A stretch of 22,162 nt of DNA from Bdellovibrionota bacterium FG-2 (lineage in GTDB: Bacteria > Bdellovibrionota > UBA1018): NCBI GenBank assembly GCA_051382305.1, contig JBBCAV010000337.1, positions 1-22,162 on the forward strand, written 5' to 3'. The translations under genes were made by a program, and so were the position numbers. The number at the start of each line of letters is the position of its first letter. The stretch's first letter is position 1. The notes below the pieces were generated by a model, which had not been told where the DNA came from, searched no databases, and saw nothing but the letters and a program-made list of their open reading frames with translations. Below are positions 15,495-22,162 of the stretch, piece after piece.

Positions 15495-16799
15495 TTAATG
15501 TGAAGACCCGCTTGTATTAGGTCGCGCGTTCCAAAGCACAAACATCAAGATTGCGCCGATGGCAGAAAAACCAATCATGCTGGGACCCCAGACGCTCCAG
15601 CCGAAGTTATCGAGCATCCATCCCATGCCAATGCCTACTACAGATCCGCCAATGTATTGCATGCCATCGAATAAGCCGGCTGCGGTGGCCGCCGCCTTTT
15701 TTCCACCAAAATCCATGGAGGCGGTACCCGAAAGCATTGAGTGCACGATACTGATTGCAAAAGAGTTGGCAATGAACGCCGCAATGATCCAGTTGATCCC
15801 GGGGGCCATCCACACTACGCCCAAGCAAACAACTTGTGTGACATATCCTATAAAGGCGACGGGTGCTCGTCGGCCTTTGAAAACCCAATCGGAAAGCGTT
15901 CCGGCGGCAACGGCTCCAAAAATCCCTGCAATGACGACCGCTCCCGCCCCTTTTTGAAATATCCCTGATTCGAGCGAAAGATTGTGGGCTTCCAGCATAT
16001 AGCGAGGAAACCATTGCTCAAAACCGTGGCGAACAAGGCCGGTGCAGAACTCGGCAACAGCGATTGTCAGGGTGATGGGGTTGGTGAAAACCTTGCGAAC
16101 GACATATTTAAAGGTAATTTCTTCCTTATCACCGCTCGAAGCGTCTTGCACATCGAGCGTCTCAAAGCCACATTCTTCGGGGCCGTTGCGAACAAAACGA
16201 TAGGTGACAAACGCCATGATCGCGATAAGGGCAGAAGGAACAAAAAACACCCACTGCCAAGGAAGGATTGTGACCAGAATCCCACCAACGAAAAAGATCA
16301 GCGCGCGTCCACTTTGGATCATTGATCCGAAAATGGCCGAAAAGACCCCGCGTTCACTGATATGAAACCATCCCGAGTTCACCTTAATGAGGGAGAGCGC
16401 GCTGTAGGATTGAAAGTAGGAATTGAGTGACCAAGTTGTCGCAAAGTATCCTAAAAGAAAAGTGCCGGTTCCCAAGAATCCAAAATAGGCCCCCAGTCCG
16501 AACAAGAAGTTGAAAATCACGGCTCCAATGGCCCCGATGAGCATCGAGTTTCGTCCGCCGATCTTGTCAGCGATGGGTCCGTTAAACATCGCGGAGAGGC
16601 CATAAATAAGGAGGGCGGGGGTAATGATCGCGCCGATTTGAGTCTTATCCCATCCATAAGTGGTCGAGAGGGCTTTGTTCGCAAAAGAGAGGTTGTAGCG
16701 TCCCATGTACATGGCAGAGTAGGTGAACCCCAGCGCAAGCCAATTGACAGCCCGACGTTTTCGAAATTCTTTGGAGTAGCCTGGGACTGGATTTGTCAT
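15495..16799 (-). CDS. MFS transporter, organophosphate:Pi antiporter (GlpT/UhpT, OPA) family-like
   Basis: About 12 TM segments. YMGRYNLS (Arg in TM1), GPIADKIGGR, WF..SERG, GTLSDWVFKGRR and AAGLFDGMQYIG resemble GlpT/UhpT motifs. Confidence 0.88.
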   Translation of the reverse strand: MTNPVPGYSKEFRKRRAVNWLALGFTYSAMYMGRYNLSFANKALSTTYGWDKTQIGAIITPALLIYGLSAMFNGPIADKIGGRNSMLIGAIGAVIFNFLFGLGAYFGFLGTGTFLLGYFATTWSLNSYFQSYSALSLIKVNSGWFHISERGVFSAIFGSMIQSGRALIFFVGGILVTILPWQWVFFVPSALIAIMAFVTYRFVRNGPEECGFETLDVQDASSGDKEEITFKYVVRKVFTNPITLTIAVAEFCTGLVRHGFEQWFPRYMLEAHNLSLESGIFQKGAGAVVIAGIFGAVAAGTLSDWVFKGRRAPVAFIGYVTQVVCLGVVWMAPGINWIIAAFIANSFAISIVHSMLSGTASMDFGGKKAAATAAGLFDGMQYIGGSVVGIGMGWMLDNFGWSVWGPSMIGFSAIGAILMFVLWNARPNTSGSSH

Positions 16800-16817
16800 G
16801 GATTTTGGTTCCTTTAC

Positions 16818-18062
16818 TTATTTTACTTTGACGATTCGAATGCGAGCTCCATCTACTCTTAGTGCGTATTCACCCTGGAGGAAAGCTAAAAGCTCTGTCC
16901 CGATGAGTTGTGCGGAATCTTCCGTGAGAACCCCTGAACTCACCAAATCTTCTGGTTTCAGAGCCTGGTTTCTAATAAGGCGCAGGAGGTATTCACTTGT
17001 CACCAGATGCCTCAGCGCGATTCGGTGCTCGTCGGCCAAAATTCCGACATAACATTTCAGGAGTTCAAGGGCTTGGGATTCATCCTGGGAGGGGATTTCA
17101 CTTTGGCTTGACAGGACGAAGGCTTTCCAGTCGGAATCGATCTGCGCGTCGTTTGCTTTAAGGTTTTGGATGGCAGCAAGAATGGCATCGCCGCTGATTC
17201 GAAGTTCCCCGCGATTGATTCCACGAAAGGAGCTCAGGTGGTCGATGTCTTTTGGGCGTACATGGGCGAGATCCAGGAGGACATTATCATCGGCCACCCA
17301 TCGTCGGGGGACGTTGAGGTGGCGCACCCGATCCTCTCGCCACCGAAGGAGGTTAATAAGAGCCGAATACCCACGGGCATCCAGTCTTTTTCCTCGCGCA
17401 TACTTTTGGGCCATGGCCGAAATATCGGCTTCAAAAGCAGAGCAATCCGACCAGCGAGACGATAAGTGAAGGGCCCAGGGTTTTCGCCCAAGCGAATCCA
17501 GTTCTTCCATGAGTTTTCGCCCAAGCGCCACGAGGTGAATGACATCGGCGTGTGCGTACTCCATGAGTTGTTCTGGCAAGGGACGTACCGACCAGTTGGT
17601 GCGTGCATGTCCTTTCTTAATTGTGATCCCAAGGCAAGCGTGAAGAAGTTTGCCAAGACCAATACTCTCACCGTAGCCACAAAGGGATGCGGCAACTGCG
17701 GTGTCGAGCGTAGGCGTTGCTACACTGGCGAAGCTTGTAAATAGACATTCTTGGTCACCCTGTGCAGCGTGCAGGATCTTGAGAATCTTGGGATCTTCGA
17801 AAACCTCGAGCAAGGGCTTGAGTCCGGGGTCAAAGCCGCCTGCGGGTCCGGGCCGAAAAGACTTTTTGAAGGCTTGGGCGTCGACCAGCCAGCTCTCTTC
17901 TTCGGTTGCGATTTGAATGATTTCTACGATGGGGAAAAAGGTGTTTTCCCGGATGAACTCCGTGTCAAAAGCGATGACGTTATTGTTCTTCGGGTCCCGA
18001 AGCGCTGCGGCCAGGTCTTCAATCTCTTTGGCCGTTGAAAGCAGCTTAGGGTTTTGTTTCAT
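16818..18062 (-). CDS. rnd: Ribonuclease D (DEDDy 3'-5' exonuclease with HRDC domain)
   Basis: AFDTEFIRE.T, KILHAAQGD, DT.VAA, NWSVRPL...L.EYAHADV, and HRDC WRE......NVPRRWV.DD. Confidence 0.95.
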   Translation of the reverse strand: MKQNPKLLSTAKEIEDLAAALRDPKNNNVIAFDTEFIRENTFFPIVEIIQIATEEESWLVDAQAFKKSFRPGPAGGFDPGLKPLLEVFEDPKILKILHAAQGDQECLFTSFASVATPTLDTAVAASLCGYGESIGLGKLLHACLGITIKKGHARTNWSVRPLPEQLMEYAHADVIHLVALGRKLMEELDSLGRKPWALHLSSRWSDCSAFEADISAMAQKYARGKRLDARGYSALINLLRWREDRVRHLNVPRRWVADDNVLLDLAHVRPKDIDHLSSFRGINRGELRISGDAILAAIQNLKANDAQIDSDWKAFVLSSQSEIPSQDESQALELLKCYVGILADEHRIALRHLVTSEYLLRLIRNQALKPEDLVSSGVLTEDSAQLIGTELLAFLQGEYALRVDGARIRIVKVK

Positions 18063-18078
18063 GAAGTTATCCTAGCTA

Positions 18079-18582
18079 TTAGTGCCATTTTTTGGGCGAG
18101 CTTTTGGGAAACGAGTAGCCGTATAGCGTTCCATCTAGAACAACAAAACCGCTATCGTGTTTGGAAGGGCTTTTATGGACCCAGTGAATGATGGCACCGA
18201 CGGGTGACGGTGGATAAGCTTCGGTCTGCTCTGTGGAGGTAATATAGTCGCCACAAGCTTCGACTTTCATTCCGACTGTTGGCGTTGGCATTTCGCCAAA
18301 CTCGTTGTTGTAAACAACCTCAAGCATGTCGTTCGGCTCGTTACCAATTTTTATAGCAAAGTGTTCGTGGCCGTTACGGTCCGGGTAAACCGTGGTCACA
18401 GTGCCTTCAACGTAGGCACGACCCAGAAATTGATTCGGGGTTGTGCCTTTCCATTTAAGAACCTGCCCATTGTCGACAGCGATCGCCCGCCCGCTGGCCA
18501 TGCATTCGGGGGTCTCCGAGGCGGCCCAGCTGCTCGCAGCGCTGAACAATAACCCTATAAGAACGAGACTTAAGTTCTTCAT
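18079..18582 (-). CDS. Secreted DUF3465-like OB-fold protein (167 aa)
   Basis: ATG 18582 with G-rich SD. Signal peptide MKNLSLVLIGLLFSAASSWA. G.V..VYPD..GH.HF, G.KVE.CGDY and IIHWVH....HDSG...DG..Y match the DUF3465 pattern as recalled. Confidence 0.75.
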   Translation of the reverse strand: MKNLSLVLIGLLFSAASSWAASETPECMASGRAIAVDNGQVLKWKGTTPNQFLGRAYVEGTVTTVYPDRNGHEHFAIKIGNEPNDMLEVVYNNEFGEMPTPTVGMKVEACGDYITSTEQTEAYPPSPVGAIIHWVHKSPSKHDSGFVVLDGTLYGYSFPKSSPKKWH

Positions 18583-18670
18583 CGTAATCCCCCCGGGAAA
18601 GAAATTGGGTAACGACAAAGGCTTATCGTGCAAAGTGCATATTATCAATGACTATGTGAATTATCCGAGA

Positions 18671-19114
18671 CTATGCCGCTTGCACGCTTTTCTCTCTTAG
18701 GCTGAAGACGCGAATTCTCACCTGCGTGGAGGGTCCTACGAGAAAAAAGTCTTTCTTCGAGGGATCTTCTACAAAGACCTTGAATGCATAATCAGCAATG
18801 ATCTTAGCTGCTTCAGCTTCATTTTTTTGATATTGCTCAATCTTTGCCTTCGACTTGAGCCATTGGACCCCATGGTCCTGGATTTCAGGTCTTAGGAAAG
18901 GTTGGCTTAATAGTTCTTCTACATAATTGGCAAACTCCTCTTCTTCAATTGCTACCTTTTGCCGTTTTTGCTCCAGCTTTTGGAGAGGATCAGGATTTCC
19001 TTCTCCACAAGCAGTCTCAAGAACGGATATTTCGCGGTCATCCGAGATGATCTCCAAAAGCCGAGGAGAATCATTCTCGTAATCTACAACAAGAGCCACG
19101 ACTGCTGACTTCAT
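18671..19114 (-). CDS. Hypothetical cytoplasmic protein (147 aa)
   Basis: Single ORF with natural acidic/helical composition, SD-like CAGG before the ATG, no competing ORF. Ends ...SVQAA. Confidence 0.8.
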   Translation of the reverse strand: MKSAVVALVVDYENDSPRLLEIISDDREISVLETACGEGNPDPLQKLEQKRQKVAIEEEEFANYVEELLSQPFLRPEIQDHGVQWLKSKAKIEQYQKNEAEAAKIIADYAFKVFVEDPSKKDFFLVGPSTQVRIRVFSLREKSVQAA

Positions 19115-19299
19115 TTTACCTGCCTATCTGCGCCTATGATCTCTTCGGTGCCGGGGGTGGGTTCGATGAATGCCTTAACAATCACTCGTCTGGAGGGACA
19201 CTGTATTGGAGGTGCGCAGCGGTGGGCATTGATTCTTCTTGGTTTTTCTGGGTTTTTCTGGAAATTTGATCAACTTTCAGGCATGGTCCGCCAACCTCT

Positions 19300-20955
19300 A
19301 TGACTCCAACTATAGCCACTGGCGACCTAGAAAAAGAAATCGCTCGTCGTCGGACTTTTGCAATTATTTCGCATCCCGATGCCGGTAAAACAACCTTGAC
19401 AGAGAAGCTCCTCCTTTATGGTGGAGCGATTCACCTGGCTGGCGCCGTTCGGGCGAAGGCCAATCAGCGCCACACGACATCAGATTGGATGGAGATCGAG
19501 AAGCAGCGCGGGATCTCGATCAGTTCCAGCGTTCTTCAATTTGAATACCTAGGAATGCAGCTTAATCTCCTAGATACTCCGGGCCATAAAGACTTCTCCG
19601 AAGATACCTATCGAACGTTAACGGCAGCGGATGCCGCGGTCATGCTCATCGACGCCGCCAAAGGGGTTGAGCCTCAGACACGAAAATTGTTTGAAGTGTG
19701 TCGCATGCGTGGGCTTCCGATTTTCACTTTCATTAATAAGATGGATCGGCCTTCGCGCGATCCCTTGGATTTGCTCGATGAGTTGGAAAAAGTCTTAGGA
19801 ATTCGTTCCTGCCCCATGACCTGGCCTCTTGGAGCGGGTGATCGGTTTCGGGGAGTTTTTGATCGCAAGTCTAACGAAGTTTTGCTTTTCCAGCGTGAAG
19901 GCGAAGCGAACGTTAAGGGTCGGCTTGCGCCTCGCAAAATGACGGGGATTGATGATCCGCAGTTTGCGCAAACGATGGTGGGTGAGGGCGGTGATATTGA
20001 TGAGGGTCGGAAGTTGCACGAGGATTTTCGCGCCGAGCTCGAACTTCTAGAATACGCAGGTGATGCTTTTGATCATGAACGCGTGCTCGCGGGCCAGCTC
20101 ACTCCTGTGTTTTTTGGGAGTGCGATGAATAACTTTGGGGTCGAGCGATTTTTGGAGCGTTTTATTGAAATCGCGCCCGCGCCGCCGGCTCGTCCGACTT
20201 TAGAGGGGCCGGTGTCTCCCGCCGATCCTAAGTTTTCGGGATTCATTTTTAAGATTCAAGCCAACATGGATCCTGCTCATCGGGATCGCGTGGCGTTTAT
20301 GCGGGTGTGTTCAGGACTCTTTGAGCGCAATATGACGGTGTTTCATTCGCGTTTAAAATCTGAAGTGAAACTTTCGAAGCCGCTGCACTTTTTTGCGCAA
20401 GAGCGCGTGATGATCGATACGGCTTGGCCCGGCGATATTGTCGGACTCTTGGATACGTCTGGAGAGCTTCGTATCGGCGATACTTTGAGTGAGAAGAAGG
20501 GCCTTCAATATCAGGGCGTGCCGCGGTTTTCGCCAGAGCATTTTTCGGGCGTGCAGATCTTGGATCCGATGAAACGCAAACAGCTCAAAAAAGGTTTGGA
20601 TCAGCTCTCCGAAGAAGGGGTTGTTCAAGTTTATCGCCAGCGCGGCTTTATGGATAAAGATCCAATTTTGGGCGCCGTGGGGGGGCTGCAGTTCGAAGTG
20701 CTGCAGCATCGCTTGAAAGCCGAGTATAATGTGGATGTGCGGATTGAGCGGCTCCCTTATATTCATGCGCGTTGGGTGACGGGCGAGGGGTTGGATCCCG
20801 ATTATTTTGAGCGCCGCGAAGATAGTCGCTGCCTTGAGGATCGCGATGGGCTTCCGGTTTTGCTTTTTAAATCGGATTGGGGACTGCGCTGGGCGGAAGA
20901 GAATTACAAGGGACTGAAGTTTTTGAAGATCTCGCCGAATACGGTGGGGTCGTGA
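19300..20955 (+). CDS. prfC: Peptide chain release factor 3
   Basis: RRRTFAIISHPDAGKTTLTEKLLL, SDWMEIEKQRGISI, DTPGHKDFSEDTYR, FKIQANMDPAHRDR and GAVG.LQFEV. Confidence 0.99.
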   Translation: MTPTIATGDLEKEIARRRTFAIISHPDAGKTTLTEKLLLYGGAIHLAGAVRAKANQRHTTSDWMEIEKQRGISISSSVLQFEYLGMQLNLLDTPGHKDFSEDTYRTLTAADAAVMLIDAAKGVEPQTRKLFEVCRMRGLPIFTFINKMDRPSRDPLDLLDELEKVLGIRSCPMTWPLGAGDRFRGVFDRKSNEVLLFQREGEANVKGRLAPRKMTGIDDPQFAQTMVGEGGDIDEGRKLHEDFRAELELLEYAGDAFDHERVLAGQLTPVFFGSAMNNFGVERFLERFIEIAPAPPARPTLEGPVSPADPKFSGFIFKIQANMDPAHRDRVAFMRVCSGLFERNMTVFHSRLKSEVKLSKPLHFFAQERVMIDTAWPGDIVGLLDTSGELRIGDTLSEKKGLQYQGVPRFSPEHFSGVQILDPMKRKQLKKGLDQLSEEGVVQVYRQRGFMDKDPILGAVGGLQFEVLQHRLKAEYNVDVRIERLPYIHARWVTGEGLDPDYFERREDSRCLEDRDGLPVLLFKSDWGLRWAEENYKGLKFLKISPNTVGS

Positions 20956-20979
20956 AGGCGAAGTAATTTCGATTGTCGA

Positions 20980-21369
20980 TCACTTTTTTAAAGTGATTAG
21001 CATGTTGAATGTTTTTCTTGAGGACCAGCGATAGATGCACACGAGGCAAGCATCGGCGAAACTCATTGGGACCTTGGTGTATTGGTGCATGAGTTCTGCA
21101 ATTCGGAGGTCTCGACCTACCAAACGCCAGGGCATACGGATGATTCCTGTTTGAATATTTTTGAGCAGCATCTCTGATGCGCCATGCATTCGACGAAGAA
21201 GATGGCAGGATTCTGCGATCACGGCTTCGCATGTAATCAGAGGTCTACGCAATCCCATAAGGACCTCTGCACAGGCTGGATGGTATTGCTCCGAACTATC
21301 GAGAAGTGCGACTATGCCGCTTGTGTCGAGTAAAACAGGTTTCATTGTAGTTTTCATCGCAGATTTCAT
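20980..21369 (-). pseudogene. vapC: PIN-domain VapC toxin with apparent in-frame internal deletion (probably inactive)
   Basis: VLLDTSGIVALLD..EQYH, LITCEAVIAESCHLL and PMSFADACLV are present. The sequence then jumps straight to IYRW..., lacking the usual helix plus I.TLD.DF segment. Confidence 0.75.
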
Positions 21370-21482
21370 TGCCCGAAGTCATCCAAATTCTTTTTGTTTG
21401 AAGCAAGATCCTTTAGCCCAGAAGAGAACTGTCCCATGCCAATGAATTCAGACTTGCCTTTTGAGTCAATACGCGAGCGCAT
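21366..21482 (-). pseudogene. Truncated VapB-type antitoxin remnant (38 aa, MRSRIDSKGKSEFIGMGQFSSGLKDLASNKKNLDDFGQ), not in the supplied ORF track
   Basis: Translated by hand. The C-terminal DLASNKK.L..FG tail is typical of antitoxins preceding this VapC subfamily, and the stop overlaps the vapC ATG (ATGA at 21369-21366). Confidence 0.6.
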
Positions 21483-21551
21483 TGTTGCGGGTTGCTGACA
21501 AGGACTGGGGGCATCGAAAATCAGTTGTTTGATGGTCGCTCGTATCTGCGA

Positions 21552-21770
21552 TCAAGCTCGTTTTGCCAGAATTTGATCTTCGGTCTCCTGAACGTGGTCT
21601 AGTTTTGTGTTGATCTCCTGAACCTTCTGCATCAACGCATCGAAATCGAAATGACCTGGAATCGCTATTTGCAGGTTCTGCCGAAGAACCTCCTTCATCA
21701 ACGTTTGATAGGGGCGTCTTAACTCCTTTGCGCGCGCCTTCAGTGCATCGAGCAGATCGGCGGGAGCCTC
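21552..21770 (-). pseudogene. 5'-truncated CopG/BrnA-like ribbon-helix-helix antitoxin fragment
   Basis: PADLLDALKARAKELRRPYQTLMKEVLRQ is the helix-helix part of a BrnA/CopG RHH. The beta-strand and a credible start are missing; upstream codons are the antisense of another fragment. Confidence 0.6.
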
Positions 21771-22052
21771 GCAACCGCTAGGGAATCCGACGAGGGCGTC
21801 TCGCTTGGTGAAACCTTGGGTAAGACTCAGGTGGATGAGCCCCTGATTGAGCCTGCCGTTGAAGAGCCTTTGCAACGGGCATTTTTTGATTTCCCTGGCC
21901 CGCTCTATTCGGTTCGCGTGTCACCCGCTTCCACTTTGGTTCCTGTAAATACGGAGCGCAATTTGCGTGCGGTTGCTAAGGATCGAAAAAACAAGGCCGT
22001 GACGGATGGACTCGTTATCCACTGGGAATTAAAAACAATGGCAGCCGGATAA
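21765..22052 (+). pseudogene. Internal fragment of a larger protein (acidic linker plus start of an Ig-like domain)
   Basis: ...EEPLQRAFFDFPGPLYSVRVSPASTLVPVNTERNLRAVAKDRKNKAVTDGLVIHWEL reads like a Big_2-type Ig-like module. It has no SD or ATG and stops before the domain is complete. Confidence 0.45.
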
Positions 22053-22161
22053 GCCCGTTCACCTCGCCGCCGTCGGATTTTTTCTCTGAGCTGCAAACGC
22101 TCTTAGTTTTGCCGACTTCTTGAGATTCCAGGATTTTATAGGTTGCATCGAAACTCTTGGA
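22015..22161 (-). CDS. Possible 3' end of a gene entering from beyond the window
   Basis: Frame open from the right edge: SKSFDATYKILESQEVGKTKSVCSSEKKSDGGEVNGLIRLPLFLIPSG*. No family recognised. Confidence 0.3.
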   Translation of the reverse strand, partial: SKSFDATYKILESQEVGKTKSVCSSEKKSDGGEVNGLIRLPLFLIPSG

Positions 22162-22162
22162 T

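Noticed and set aside
19142..19170. Possible sigma28 or sigma54 motif upstream of the 147-aa gene, and a GGGTTCGA tRNA T-loop-like word
   Set aside because: Sigma28 spacing is 16 with a weak -35, the GGCAC lacks the -12 GC, and no cloverleaf can be formed.
19300..19400. SXT/R391-type ICE insertion at prfC
   Set aside because: Those elements insert at the 5' end of prfC. Here the 5' end is intact and no integrase is visible.
21771..21875. N-terminal part of the 107-aa ORF as real coding sequence
   Set aside because: TTG start without an SD, no RHH strand, and the opposite strand reads as more protein-like.
1..22162. CRISPR array, rRNA/tRNA, transposase or integrase
   Set aside because: No regularly spaced repeats or such genes seen by eye; all intergenic gaps are about 320 nt or shorter.

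Overview
A chromosomal window, most likely from a Bdellovibrionota/Oligoflexia-type bacterium; this is inferred from gene content and no database search was run. Bases 1-10345 form one tightly coupled ten-gene operon encoding a self-contained Agl-Glt-like trans-envelope machine. Its genes are an unknown Cys-rich protein (partial), a VWA/MIDAS lipoprotein, a MotA/TolQ/ExbB protein plus two ExbD/TolR motor subunits, a large GltD/AgmU-like TPR protein, a GltF-like small protein, a GltG-like TonB-C protein, one GltA/B-like beta-barrel and a GltC-like TPR protein. The middle holds mostly housekeeping genes: an SSB paralog with no acidic tip, a FlgT-C-like secreted protein, a stand-alone infA, grxC, cyaY, ychJ, an HtrA protease, an outer-membrane barrel, a GlpT-like MFS transporter, rnd, a DUF3465-like protein, a hypothetical protein and prfC. 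Four correctly spaced sigma54-type motifs and two sigma28-type motifs are visible there. After prfC lies a decaying patchwork: a vapC with an apparent in-frame deletion of a catalytic segment, a 38-aa antitoxin remnant, a headless RHH antitoxin and an orphan Ig-like fragment on the opposite strand. No rRNA, tRNA, CRISPR array, integrase or transposase was seen.
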